From Octopus vulgaris (lineage: Eukaryota), in contig OX597815.1 of the NCBI GenBank assembly GCA_951406725.2, positions 106,702,001-106,766,000 of the forward strand: a stretch of 64,000 nucleotides of DNA. The letters run 5' to 3'. The notes under the pieces were generated by a model. It did no database searches, was not told the DNA's origin, and worked only from the letters and a program-made list of their open reading frames with translations. Both the position numbers and the translations under genes were made by a program. Shown here in pieces: positions 12,922 through 26,819 of this stretch (positions within the stretch are counted from its first letter, which is position 1; each line of letters opens with the position of its first letter).

Positions 12922-15900
12922 TGAGAGAGAGAGAGAGAGAAAGAAGGAGAGAGGGAGAGGAAGAAAATGTCTTTGGAGATAGTTGAAGTGAACGTAGACA
13001 GTATATAAAATTTGTATTCATCTATGAAATATGCCATAAGGAAACTATTGAGAGAAAGTCAGAAAATGGAGAAAGGTAAATGAATAAAGGTTGAAAAGCT
13101 ACAAAATATATGTTTGATTTGAATCTAATGTTAAGTGCCAAAATCCTCTGCTGAATATGGCGCCATAGTGGTTCGATATTTTGGGAAATGGACTGGTTGT
13201 TTTCCAAATAGATGACCAAGATAATCGATTTAAAACTCAATAGTAATCAACGCCATATATGATTTGCTTGTGAAACTTGACACTCTTTTGTTCGATCGTT
13301 ACTATAGATAAAAACATTGAACATTTGGATTATTGTTCATAGATTTTTTTTTCTTTTGTCGCTAAATGTCTCGCATTTGACTATTCAGATCAAAGAGGTG
13401 AAGCACTTCTAACAAGCTAGTGCTAATATCATGGAAATAATTTTCAGGAGTGAATAAATATCTAACATAGCTAAAATAATTTCTATTTCCCTTGGCCGTT
13501 TCATAAATACATTTTGAACAGTATATTTCCAAAAGAAATACACTGTTTTGGAGCTCGGTGACTCTTTTCACTTTGGGTGTTTTATAAACGCTCCTCTTCA
13601 TATTTTGCGATCCCTAAACAAAAAGACAAAAATAAAAAAGAAGAAAAAATCAGATTATTTTAATCAAAACCTTATGCATTGAAAATTTATTGGTTCTTGA
13701 TGGATAATCACCCTTTTTGGAAACTGATAACAATTTTCTAATCCAGACAAAAATTTGTTTCGCAAATGTGCTTAAAATATAAGTATTGGACCTGGTTTAA
13801 ATATCTTATTTCTAAGAAAAATCACGATCCACTCAAACACCCACTTCTCGTGATACTACCTTTTTGACATTTGTCGTCTCCATGTATGAGCTCCCAATGC
13901 TCCCAAGGGAGTACGACTGCCCAAGTAAGAAATCGCTGATTTAGAATAATTAGATTAAAGTTGCTGATCAGTGTTCAACCGTAAAAGTAAATCAGGTCCA
14001 TTACCTGCTTTTGAACACCGGTTGTTGCCAGACTTTATTTCACTCATACCCCCGTCGACGATTGAAAAAGAATGACTTTCACATTTTCCTCTTCATTCAC
14101 TGAAATCAATTACACTAATCACCATTATAAATACTAATCAGAAATACAAGAAATTCATGATGCATTGCCTTCCCTGCTAACGATATAGATAATAATGATA
14201 ATAGGCTACTAGGATTTAATTATACAGGAAATTCTGTATATTTTAATAACCCTACATGGACAAAAAGTTGTTTCAACCATCTTTATGCCGATTCATTTAT
14301 ATAGGGTTAGGCATACATTATAACGTATTTGAAGTTAATGATGTTCAAACTCTTTAAACTGACTGAATTTTATCAAGGCAAGGACATCTGAAATTTTATT
14401 TCAGAGATAGTGAGAGAAAAATATAATTTTATATGATAGATATATTTAAAATGCATGTTGCTTTGAAAAAAAAAATTGTTTCAGAAAGGTATTGGAAGAT
14501 AATTGAAAGTAAAATAGAAACTGATCATTTCAAAATCTACTCCATATTTTTACTCATGTACCATTCCTCATGAAAACGGAAAGACGGTATGTAATGGCAC
14601 TAGAGACGAAATTAGAAGCAGAATATTAGAAAATGTGTTTTGATATTTACAAATATTCTTTCGCATTTGTGTGTGCATTTAAAAAATAAGTTACACAGAA
14701 TAAGAGAATCAATGCTCACGCTCTAAGCTGTTGTGCAGAAAAAGACTCATCTTTCTTAAACGACAAAGAGAGAGGAAATGTATATGGATATATGTGACTC
14801 GCAAAACGTAATCTCAATAGTATAAATTAATAATGAATTGGTTGATAATTGCAATTATTGCTATCCCCTGAGTTACATAAAATTTCAGTTTGGTAAAAGG
14901 GGATTTGACATGTGTGTCCGTGCAGGGGAAGAACAGCACCAGTGATGATATATGAACTCTCATCTTCATTGGGAATCTATTCACTCAGCCATTGTTATTC
15001 GTCCTCAGTTTTAAAAGACATCATAAAATTATTAGATGTCATATAACTCCATATAGCAGTCAAAAGGTTTTTCAGTATGATTCAGAGATTGATTATTGCG
15101 TTGGTTAAGCATTGAAGCTGATTTGTTGAAACAATTTACATCTCTCACGTGTAATGTCATTATTTCTTGATACGAAAAAAGAAAAAATCTCATCTATTTT
15201 TAACTTATTAGGTCTATTTTTATTTAAAAATAAGCCTAAAATGGAATTAATGTAAACGTCTGATATTAGGAACACGATACAAATGAATTCAAAAACCTTA
15301 ATATTCGCTGACCTGGCTGTTCTAACAATGAAATCGGAATTGTTTGTAATGCATTTCGTCAAATTGTGCCGTCAAAATGTGAAGGCAATCGTTTGAAATG
15401 TTGACTCATTAGGTTACTGTCAAGATAGTAATGATTTTGTTTGATTTAGTATTCAGCGAGTTAATGCTAAAACAATCATTTCAAGCAATTGCCCTTTTCG
15501 TATATTTATTTTTGAAAATGGTTAACACTGAAATAAATTTCAATAATTATGACAATAATTGTCATAAAGCGTATGTGAAATAACAACTAAAATATTTACG
15601 AACACTCGATTATGTATGCTTAAAAAAATGTACGCGCACACACATAGACACACACGTGTACATACTCACACACACACAATGGTACGCATATAGAGATATA
15701 GACTAGAAAATTGTTGAATGTGAAGATAATACTGATACTACTGATAAGTACGTTGAGAGATAAGTACGTAGGGATAAGTAAAGCGATAAAAGAAAAGGAG
15801 AAGTAAAGAGAGAGAAAGAGAGACAGATATATGCAAGCACTGGGTCAAATACGCACGTTCTCTTAAGACTTAAACAAAGAATGGCTCTGCGATGAGATCA

Positions 15901-16050
15901 TTACTGCATAATCAATAACATGATTTAATTTGATCTCATCAAAGCGTGTGCAAAAATAACTTTTTCTCTCCAATCATATAGCTTAGAAACATAGAAACAG
16001 TTAAACGGTTGCTTCGAAAGGCTGTAATTACTTCGCACTTGTTTATTAAG

Positions 16051-16382
<332 letters not shown>

Positions 16383-16831
16383 AGTATATATGCTCATATA
16401 TATATATTATATTTCTATATACGTGTATATATTTATATACATACACACACACATTTCCATATACATATATCTAATAATCAATAAACACATTCTCACATAT
16501 TCAATCTTAGGTGTGAATCTTTGTTAAATGACTGTGCAGGTCTTTAGAGTCCATTGAGGAATCAATACATAGTTTTAATTTTTTTTCCAAAACATATGCG
16601 AAGTTTTAAAATCCATAGCCGCATACTCTTTATCTGTTCATATATCATATATATATATATATACATATACATAGAAACATATATATATACATACATGTTC
16701 ATATATATGTAAAACTGTGTGTGTATATAAAATATGTATATATAATATATATATGTACATAATATATATACTTATGCATGTATACATAAGTATAAATGTA
16801 TATCTCTAAGTTTATGTATATCTGCATTTAC

Positions 16832-16864
<33 letters not shown>

Positions 16865-17689
16865 TGTATGTATGTATGTATGTATGTATGTATGTATGCA
16901 TGTATGTTTGTATGCATATGTGTGTTCATAAGTGTGTGTGTGTGTGTGTGTCTACTATCCCTGTTCTCTTGTCCATTGTTAGTTAATAAACTGGAAATGT
17001 CACATTCCAGGAACATTATTGATCATAAAATCAATAAACATATTTAATTTTTTTAGATGAAAAAAATTGTTAAATTGTGATAAAAGAAATTTTCAAACAA
17101 CTAACACACAAAACGGTATTATGTCACTCCCTTTTTATTTTAATAAATTTTAACGCTTATCTCGAAGTTTTATTTTATCTTTCTTTTCACTTTATAATAA
17201 ATTGGTATTCAAATACCTTTTATTAATATTGGAAAGAGCTTTTTCTATTCTTTTGTAAAGTGATTTGTGAAATCCAAGGCTAAAAATATATGTTTAGGTA
17301 TTGTAATGTTTTTAAAAAATTACTTGCAATATTTTTTGTTTTGTTAACTTTTGTATTTTTGTTTTTACATATTTTCCTGTCATTGTTCGCAACAACATCA
17401 AACAAAATTTAGTGTTTTAGTTACAATCTAAATTTAATTATATATATAAATGATATATTTTAGTCTACTGGCAATTTTTTTCCAAATTGGTAAAACCCAA
17501 ACTATGGTAACGTCATCTGAATGGTCTGCAAATTGTCAGTATTCAGTGGCCACAAAAATGAATTGAAAGGTTATATGCTACACTGGTTTGAGTGATTTAA
17601 TGCTTTAAGAATATTTTATATAAAGCTACAAACATCTGATTTTGTTCCCCTTTCGCTTGATAACCGAAATGATGATGGTTTGTTTATGC

Positions 17690-17840
17690 CATCGTAATCT
17701 AGCAGTTCAGTAAAAGAAATCGATAGAATAAATGTCAAACTTAAAAAATAACTACTGCGAGCTATTTGTTCAACTAAACCATTTAAAGCAGTGCTCCAGC
17801 GTGGCCGAAGCCGTGTAACTGAAACAAGTAAAAGATAAAA
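17690..17840 (+). mobile_element. SINE family A 3' half, degenerate
   Basis: CTTAGCAGTTCAGTAAAAG...GATAGAATAA...GTGCTCCAGCGTGGCCG...ACTGAAACAAGTAAAAGATAAAA tail. Confidence 0.65.
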
Positions 17841-18479
17841 AAAAGATAATATAACCGAGTTAGGGGATGAAATGATATTCTCAGCCATAAATAGCCTTTG
17901 GTAAAATATGGCCAGACTCTATTCGTCACTTTATAGTCTTCACCCGCAGAAAATATATATTAAGTTCAGTAAGATATTGTAAAATTCGAAGTCGTAGAAA
18001 ATGACGTTGTTAAATTGCCAGGGTCTCAAAGAAATTTTGTCTTATGAGGAGCTGATAATATCTGAACAAGATTGGCAGGATAAGAAGCTATAGAAGCACT
18101 ACTTATTCCATTCTATTTCACTGCAAAGAATTTGACTATATGATTGGCACTTTGTGAGAAAGGACTGCAAGATTTTGCTGGACTGCATGACTTTGCTTCT
18201 CACGATCCTAATCGTAAACGTAACATAAATGTTACAGGAAGAGTTTATTATAAACTCAAATCCTGTAGTGAGCTATAAAAAATATAAATGTCATACAACT
18301 TTGGATAAGTTCGTCACTCATGTAACAAATGCCATTGCTGATTTACAAAGCAGAGAGTAGGTTCCCGTCTTCCTTCAGTAACTTATAAATACCACTTATT
18401 ACACAACAGTCAGTAACTTTTCTATTAAGTATGTACCGAACAATGTTACTGCATTCCCATTTAATTCCTAATATATATA

Positions 18480-19733
18480 CAGGGGTTGGACAGAATAATG
18501 GAAGCACCTAGCATCATAATTTTGAAATATCTATAAAACCGTCAAAAGCTTGTTTATTTTTATGTTTTTTGATTTATTATTAGTGTTGCTTAATATATTT
18601 TGCTAAAATTGTTGTTTCTTTTCAGATATCAGAAAAAGGTTATTAAAATTCATTAAAATCACAGATCTATCGAACTTTCAAAGAGGTCAAATTGTTGATG
18701 CTCGTATGGCAGGCGTTAGCATAACGAAAACAACCGAAATGTTTGGTGCATCACGAGGTACTGTCCCGAAAGTAATGACAGCCTTTGAGAAAGAGGGAAA
18801 AAACTTCGTCGAAACAAAACTCTAGAAGAAGACCTTTCAGATAGGGACCGTTAGACTCTTCGGCGAATTGTAAGAAAAGATCATAAAAGAACAGCTCCCA
18901 GAATTACTACAGAGCTTAATGACCACCTTGAGAACCCAGTTTCCACAAGAACTGTTCGCCGGGAACTGTACAAAGCCGGATTCCACGGGAGAGCTGCAAT
19001 CAGAAAACCACTACTTTCAAAAATAAACGTTGCAAAGCATTTAGAGTGGAGTAAAAACTTACAGAATTGGTCCCTAGAGCAGTGGAAGAATGTCATTTTC
19101 TCGGACGAGTCATCCTTTACCTTATTTCCGACCACCGGCCGAATATACGTGTGGTGACAGCCAAAAGAAGCATTTGGCTCAGACTGCCTTCTTCCAACTG
19201 TTAAACATGGAGGAAGATCTGTGATGATCTGGGGAGCTATATCTTGGAAATCCGCCGGCCCAATGGTTTCCCTTTATGGCAGAATTAATAGTCAAGACTG
19301 TTTAAGCATTTTATCTGATCAAATTCATCATATGGTTGCAGAACTGTTTCCGGAGGGAAACGCAATCTTTCAGGATAATAATGCGCCAATTCACACGGTA
19401 AAGTTGTTACTGAATGGCACGAAGAATATTCTAGTGAAGTTGAACATCTCATCTGGCCATCACATCCTCCAGACCTCAATATTATTGAACATTTATGGTG
19501 CATTTTAGAAAAACAAGTAAGGAGTCGATATCCTCCACCATAATCACTACAAGAACTGGAGACTGTTTTAGCCGAAGAATGGACAAAAATTCCTTTTGAA
19601 ACAATTCAAATTTTGTACTAGTCCATACCTCGTGGAATTCAAGCTGTAATTACTGCCAAAGGCTGTCCTAACCCATATTAAAATGAATTTTTTTGAAGTT
19701 TTAAGGTGTTTCCATTATTTTGACCAACCTCTG
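18480..19733 (+). mobile_element. full-length Tc1-family DNA transposon, inactivated
   Basis: TA|CAGGGGTTGGACAGAATAATGGAAGCACCT ... AGGTGTTTCCATTATTTTGACCAACCTCTG|TA inverted termini; ~1.25 kb. Confidence 0.93.
18658..19681 (+). pseudogene. Tc1 DD34E transposase pseudogene
   Basis: DLSNFQRGQIVDARMAG (HTH region), WKNVIFSDES, VKHGGRSVMIWGAISW, FQDNNAPIH, PDLNIIEHLW and AKGCPNPY*. Frameshifts and in-frame stops are present. Confidence 0.9.
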
Positions 19734-19761
19734 TATTTTGAAATATCTTTATTCTATTATT

Positions 19762-20103
19762 ATTTTACTTGATTCAGTCATTTGATTGTGGCCATGCCGG
19801 AGCAACGCCTTATCGCTTTAAAGGGTTTTAGTCGAGGAAATCTATCCCAGTACTTATTTTATCGGTCTCTTTGCCAATCCGCTAAGTTACGGGGACATAA
19901 ACGCATCAGCATCCGTTGCCAAGCGATGGGGGAAGTTACACACACACACACACACACATTTTCCATCTACCAAATCCACTCACAAGGCTTTGGTCGGCTC
20001 GAGGCTATAGTAGAAAACAATTGCCCAAGGTGCCACGCAGTGGGATTGAACACGGAACCATGTAGTTCGGAAGCAAGCTTCTTACCACACAGCCACGCCT
20101 GCC
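19762..20103 (-). mobile_element. SINE family A
   Basis: Reverse complement of the family A tail, body and head (CACACAGCCACGCCTGC) with internal (CA)n. Confidence 0.85.
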
Positions 20104-21432
20104 CCTATATGTATGTATATATCACGTATTTAAAAATTAATATTTCATGCATTAAAGAAAGTGATTTTATTTCTTGGTTGTTGATTTTGTTTTTGCAAAA
20201 ATTCCATTGAACACGTCCCAATTTAAAACGTGGAAAATCAAATAGAAAATAGATATTACGTTATGGAATTCTGCGGTACGACAAGGTTTTTCTGGAACGT
20301 GCTATTCCATAAAGCGCAGAATACTTGGACAATAAACAAATGTCGCCAAAAATAGCTTGTAGTTTGTAGCATTTCTTTAAATATCCACCTGCTCCGGAAG
20401 TTGTTATGCTATGAAACTCTGTATTCTTATCAAAAGAGAAATTTAATGCTAATCGTATGTACAACGCAAATATACAACTGTCTGAATCAAGCTCCTTTAT
20501 ATTTACAGAAGAATAAAACATTGAGAATTTAAAAAAAAAACACGCCAACACAATTACGTGGGATAAGCAGTAACATAAATATTTACAGCAACAATTTACC
20601 CAATGAGTTTGATATGCGAACAGGCAGTAGCCCGATAAATTACTTACCCAAATATATTACAGGCAGACCACATGGCTAAGACTAAAACAAACAGTTAATA
20701 TAAGACTAGTGAAATCTAAGAGGGTTGAATGGCGCATTCAGGCGGAAAGTGTCATATTAGTAGAATATGCAAGTTTTGGGACCACATCAAACACTAAACG
20801 GTCCTACATTACATTTCACAACATTTTTACACAAATGCATTACATTGCACCACATTTTGAAACGAAATATCGCACTATCTCAAGGGTACCATTTTAAAAT
20901 TGCATCCGTCTCTCTTCTATAAAATAGTTGCAACAGCGATATCGTTAGCTGTCTAATACGTGTAGTATTAGTATTACAGTTTTCTTCGCACAAGTTTTTT
21001 AACAGTTTGTTAAACGAATTTTTCTTTAACACGACAAAGATGACTTTGTTACAGAAATTCAAACTTAGGATTTACTCACATGAAGGATATAAGAAGCCAA
21101 ATATGATCCACGATGTATTAGGCCTCTTGAATTCAAGGCACCATACTAGACAGTATGCAGCTGACAAAATCAACAGAACTTTAGCGAGTATTCGCAACAA
21201 ACCTTACCCCCCCAATAAAAAAAACTTAAACTGATTTATCGAGACATTGTGACTTAAAACTGCTTTATCGTAGGTTTCGTACAATAATGATACCGTTGTG
21301 TTGTCATTTGTGTTTTCACTTTTCTTTCTGAATGATACATACTCAGAAACATAGAAATGTACGAGAATGCATTCACATGTACAAGCACACATGTGTCTGT
21401 AATTACAGTGATGATGATGATGATGATGATGA

Positions 21433-21472
<40 letters not shown>

Positions 21473-21476
<4 letters not shown>

Positions 21477-21787
21477 GGGCTGGAGAATTTCTATTTTGGA
21501 TATATTTGGGGTACTTAATTGTGCTCATGACTTAGTGTTTACTTCTCCCATGGGTATAAGTATTTCATTTATTCCTTTGCCGCATTTATCACTGACGAAA
21601 AGAAGGTTCTTATGGACTAACTCTGAAATCGGGTCCGATATCGTAATAACGGAATTTGTTTAGAAATTTCTGTCGGCTTTCTTCGAGACGCGTATTTATA
21701 GTGATGAATTATATGGTTATGGACGATGTGTCTAATTTCGGTGTATTTGGCATTAGAAATTTTTTCTTTTGCCCTTGTTTATAAGTT

Positions 21788-21791
<4 letters not shown>
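21473..21791 (+). mobile_element. PLE pseudo-LTR-like insert (family P1) between two (TA)n tracts, with a degenerate hammerhead
   Basis: Closely similar to 26820-27135. Contains ATTTATCA-CTGACGA...TTC-GAGA-CGCGTA...GTGATGAAT (GAAA mutated to GAGA). Confidence 0.6.
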
Positions 21792-21840
<49 letters not shown>

Positions 21841-21851
21841 TAAAAAAACGT

Positions 21852-22070
21852 GTAGTAAATAAACAAACGAACATATACTAAATACACAGGCGAACAGAAA
21901 ACACAGGTCACCCACTCTTCATCAGTTATCGGCCGAGGGTCAAACACAATGTTATCGATAATGGGGGAAATCGCGTTTGACCCTTTGGCCGATAACTGAT
22001 GAAGAGTCGGTGACCTGCGCTTTCTGTTCGGCTTTTGTATCTAGTAGATGTTCGTTTGTTTATTTACTAC
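21852..22070. repeat. long inverted repeat (arms ~21852-21945 and 21975-22070) between (TA)n tracts
   Basis: GTAGTAAATAAACAAACGAAC...CTCTTCATCAGTTATCGGCC vs GGCCGATAACTGATGAAGAG...GTTCGTTTGTTTATTTACTAC. Confidence 0.9.
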
Positions 22071-22107
22071 GGGTTTATATATATATATATATATTTTTTT
22101 TTGCTGA

Positions 22108-22166
<59 letters not shown>

Positions 22167-22250
22167 AGTTCAGCAAAAATTTAGATTCAGATGAATCTAA
22201 AGGCACCAGAATTTGGTATGCTATTATCCATATAAGTCAAATGGGGTGAT

Positions 22251-22300
22251 TATAATCGAAATAAGCAACAAGGATATCCTTGTTGCTTATTTTGATTATA
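22251..22300. repeat. 50-bp near-perfect palindrome adjoining (TA)n
   Basis: TATAATCGAAATAAGCAACAAGGAT|ATCCTTGTTGCTTATTTTGATTATA, one mismatch. Confidence 0.9.
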
Positions 22301-22601
22301 TATATATAAATAAATATATATAGGTATGTTGATTATATATATATAAATATATATAGGTATGTTGTCTTATTTTTCGTTTGTTGTCTTCTTTTTACTTAAT
22401 CCTGAAAATATTGTTTATGTAACGCACGCACTCATTGATTTTTTTACCTATAAATATGTATATGTATATATATATATGCAATTAAATAAGGGTAGAAATT
22501 GATATTAATCAATTAAAACCAATGGCCTAGTATATTTTAAAAAAATCCGAAGATTAAAAATTTTTTAGTCCTCTAAATTTTGTATATATATATATATATA
22601 T

Positions 22602-22836
22602 TACTCTTTTACTCTTTTACTTGTTTCAGTCATTTGACTGCGACCATGCGGGAGCACCGCCTTTAGTCGAGCAAATCGACCCCAGTACTTATTCTTTGTA
22701 AGCCTAGTACTTATTCTATCGGTCTCCTTTGCCGAACCGCTAAGTTACGGGGACGTAAACACACCAGCATCGGTTGTCAAGCGATGTTGGGGGTACACAG
22801 ACACAAACACACATATATATATATATATATATATAC

Positions 22837-22867
<31 letters not shown>

Positions 22868-22873
22868 CATACA

Positions 22874-22907
<34 letters not shown>

Positions 22908-23044
22908 CGACGGGCCTCTTTCAGTTTCCGTCTACCAAATCCACACACAAGGCTTTGGTTGGCCCGAGGCTATAGTAGAAGACATTTGTCCAAGGTGCCA
23001 CGCAGTGGGATTGAACCCGGAACCATGTGGTTGGTAAGCAACCA
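22602..23044 (-). mobile_element. SINE family A, near full length
   Basis: (TTACTCT)n tail, body, internal (TA)n(TACA)n and head ...GGATTGAACCCGGAACCATGTGGTTGGTAAGC. Confidence 0.88.
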
Positions 23045-23322
23045 CATTTCGAAAAGCATTTACATGTATGGAAAATATCACCGTTAAAAATTCAAAGATA
23101 TGTAAGAAATGAAGAGTTCGAAGAATAAAAGCTACTCCCAGAAATATGTAGATTTAGAGAATTGTGTGTATGCTTATACACAGGCGCATTATCAATCTTT
23201 ATGTAAATAATTATTCTTACGTACACATAAAAGCTCGATACAATACTATGTTAATACCCAATAAATATGATTGAATGCAAGAACCGAGACTAGAAAAAGC
23301 CAATTGAAACACAGAAAGAATC

Positions 23323-23386
<64 letters not shown>

Positions 23387-23853
23387 CAAAAAGAGAACGA
23401 TAAAGATACAGTTAGTCGTATGTACAATATGTATTAGCATAGATATTTTGTTTAGCTTTTATGCATGCGTGCGAATAGTTATTTACATAGGGGTCCATCA
23501 TGCGTCTATGTATATAAATACATAAGATTATGTAAGTCTACATATTTCTGGGAGTGGCTGTTATCCTTCAAATTCTATTCTCCATTTCTGATGTCGACGG
23601 TGTTGTTTTATATATATGTAAATGTTTTCCCATTAAGCATGTACTTCATATTAGAAGCTCCAAAGAAGTTATAAAGTGATACAAAAGCTCTGAATGTATT
23701 GCATTCATGTATATATACAGTCATAGAAGCAGTTGTATGCTAATGAAGTTCATTGCATAATTTCCTGTTTCCTTGTCATTTATTTAATCCTATATTACAC
23801 TCTATACTTGATTATTAGTATTGATTCGCCTAAGCGAACTATTAAAATACAAG

Positions 23854-23931
<78 letters not shown>

Positions 23932-24023
23932 GCTATCTGTCTATCTATCTGTCAGCCTGTCTATAAATATATGTATATATTAAAGTAGATGCATGTATAC
24001 ACACACATATTAAAATAGATGTG

Positions 24024-24091
<68 letters not shown>

Positions 24092-24462
24092 GGATTAGTA
24101 ATCCAGGCGAAATACTTCTTAATCTTTCTGAAGATAAAACTACACCAGGCTAACAAACAAGTCCTGTGATTAGTATTGTACTCCAGGTAATCCGCAATCC
24201 ATGTCCGTCACTTGTCAAATTTATAAATCCATTGCTCTGTTACGAAGTTAAGATGGTACATTTTTACAGAAAATAGAAATAATGGGCTATATACATTTAT
24301 TTATTTGTTAGAGGCTTACATCTGTTTCAGATATGCGTTTAGGTGGGTTCATTGTTCGTTCTTAACTGCCAAAGTTGCTTCATTGCGACTCTGAAGAAAA
24401 TATCTTATGGTGGCGGTCTCCTATATTTTCAGTCGATAGATCGATCGTTTGATAAGACTGAA

Positions 24463-24540
<78 letters not shown>

Positions 24541-24552
<12 letters not shown>

Positions 24553-24800
24553 GAAATAAGGTACTCAAACATCTGGATGGTTTTATATTTACAGATTTTT
24601 ATTAATATGTCACATGTTTTTATAAATCATATATTAGCGTTTGTATCCACTCTAGTGGATCCTTCAGATTGAAGAGCGGTGTTCCCAAGAGTGGATGCAA
24701 GCGCTATTATATGATTTATAAAAACATGTGACATATTAATAAAAATCTATAAATATAAAACCATCCAGATTTCTGAGTACCTTATTTTGTCTAATATATA
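24541..24800. repeat. long inverted repeat (arms ~24541-24653 and 24688-24800) adjoining (TA)n; PLE pLTR-like
   Basis: AAATAAGGTACTC...CCACTCT vs AGAGTGG...GAGTACCTTATTT. The GAGTACCTTATTT terminus recurs at ~52964. Confidence 0.88.
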
Positions 24801-24844
24801 ATACCTGTACATCACCTCCAAACCTTCCAAGATATATATATATA

Positions 24845-25402
24845 AATTTGATGTAGTTACCCTCATTTGCACCTCTTGCCGTGAGGTAGATTTGTCTGGG
24901 ATTCTCGACAGGAAGAGGTCCAGCCTTGATTTAAAAACGCCAACATCTACCTTGTGTAGGTTCCTCAGGCTCTTTGGGAGAATATTAAAAAGCTGTTGGC
25001 TCCTGAAACTCAGGCTGTTGCAGTAACTGGTCCTGAAGCGCGATGGCATTAATGGGATCTTTGGCACAGAGGCTGAGGACATGCTGTATTTTCTGCGAGA
25101 CTATCCGGGTAGTTGAGGGCATATCTGAGAGGGCCACTATGAAAAGCAGTGGTCCCAAGACAGTGCCCTGTGGAACACCGCTCACTATTTATGTTTTCAT
25201 TGAGGTGGCTCCATTGGCCACTACTGCCTGACTTCTGTCTAAAGTCATGTAACCGCTCTCCAAGTTTTCCAGCTATGCCGAGATCACACAGTTTGTGGCA
25301 TATCCACTTTGTCAAAAGCTTTTGCAAAATCAAGGTATATTACGTCCACATTTGAGTTATTGAGTAACTGCCTCAACACCCAGCCATAATGTTGTAAGAG
25401 CT
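24845..25402 (-). mobile_element. CR1/L2-type LINE, internally deleted RT and 3' fragment
   Basis: NVDVIYLDFAKAFDKV, SGVPQGTVLGPLLFIVALSDMP and 3' FNILPKSLRNL...FKSRLDLFLSRIPD; segments joined across deletions. Confidence 0.85.
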
Positions 25403-25640
25403 ATTAAGGAAAAGTGTCGTAAGTCCAAAACGTTGATTTTTTTTCAGAAAAGGAAAAAATAATTTCACCGTTCCATAGCAAAACCGTTGTACCACACTTT
25501 GACAATTTTTGATATCTTGACACCTGAAACAGCTGGAGATACTGTTTGACAAAAAGAATCAGCTATGGCAAGCAAAAATAAATATTGAAAAAATCTCATT
25601 TGGCCAAATTTAGGCATACAACAGTTTAACATAATAGCAA

Positions 25641-25745
<105 letters not shown>

Positions 25746-25774
25746 GTGTGTGTGAGTGAGTGTGTACTAAATCT

Positions 25775-26035
25775 TAATTGTAAGTAAACCCGAGGATTCT
25801 TTAAGTTTTGTCCACAGATAATGGAAATACTCTAAAAATATCATCAGCATTCCTAGTTAACGATATCGTACTTAGTAGACTGTCTAATCTCTCAGCTAAC
25901 AAACTAATTTTTTTACTGATTTCAGTAATTGTTACAACGATGCACTTTCCAGAAGCAGGTTCAATGAGAAAATCACGTATACTGAAGACATCACTAGAAC
26001 TGCAACCAATAGAAATTGGAAAAATTTCTGTTGAT
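25775..26035 (+). mobile_element. highly degenerate Penelope-like element fragment (thumb/linker region)
   Basis: SKPEDSLSFVH..., SRLSNLSANKLIF and, in a shifted frame, CYNDALSRSRFNEKITY resemble PLE KP..L.Y...SNHP...RISNLS.N..IF...YN.AL..SGF. Confidence 0.5.
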
Positions 26036-26819
26036 CTAATCTTCCGTTTAATCTAGTGGTGGTTGTCCTAATGGAGCGGTTGACTTTGCATTTTATCCCA
26101 CTGTAGTTAGTAAATTAAATCATAAGACGAACACCTTCCCTCATAATTGCTGGTTTTCTGTCTAAATTAGAAACAATTATATTTATTTGTAAGCATGTCT
26201 TTGTAATCACATGTTTACATGCCTTATAACGTGTATGTACATGCCTACATTTATTCATTAATCCATTCATACATATACAGACGTATCGGTATCTGTTTAC
26301 GACTGTATATGTACATAAACTCGTATAATTGTATTTGCCAGTATTAATATCTTACATGAATACCATACATATTCTGGCCTGCTTTTATTTACTTAATTAT
26401 ATACACTGGTGAGTTCTGTTTTGGAAACACATCAGTCCAATTATGATTAAGTAAAGAAAATTTGTTTGTTAAGAAATATAAATCAAACGAAATAATTTAT
26501 AACAACACAGTAAAAGGCGGAAACACAGTTAATTGGGCTCAGCCAAAATAGAAGCAACAAAAATGATAAAAGTAAGTCAAAAGTTGAAGTAACGAGCTTC
26601 CTTTGGGATTCGAAACCTTGTATTCAGGCTAATGGGTGTTTACTGTTTTGCGCCCCCATTTGCTGACGCTACGCTAGGATCGATCAATTGTATATTGGTT
26701 TTGGTTAAAATCGGACACAAAGTAAAAATAGTGATGCTGTTAAACAATACTATTAAATTAACATTCTGGATTCTCTCACTTTACGAGAGTTTTCTAGTTC
26801 GAATCGCACGTGTTTCGAG

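Noticed and set aside
21436-22601. Repeat-spacer alternation as a CRISPR array
   Set aside because: The repeats are variable-length (TA)n, the spacers are long and irregular, the context is eukaryotic and there are no cas genes.
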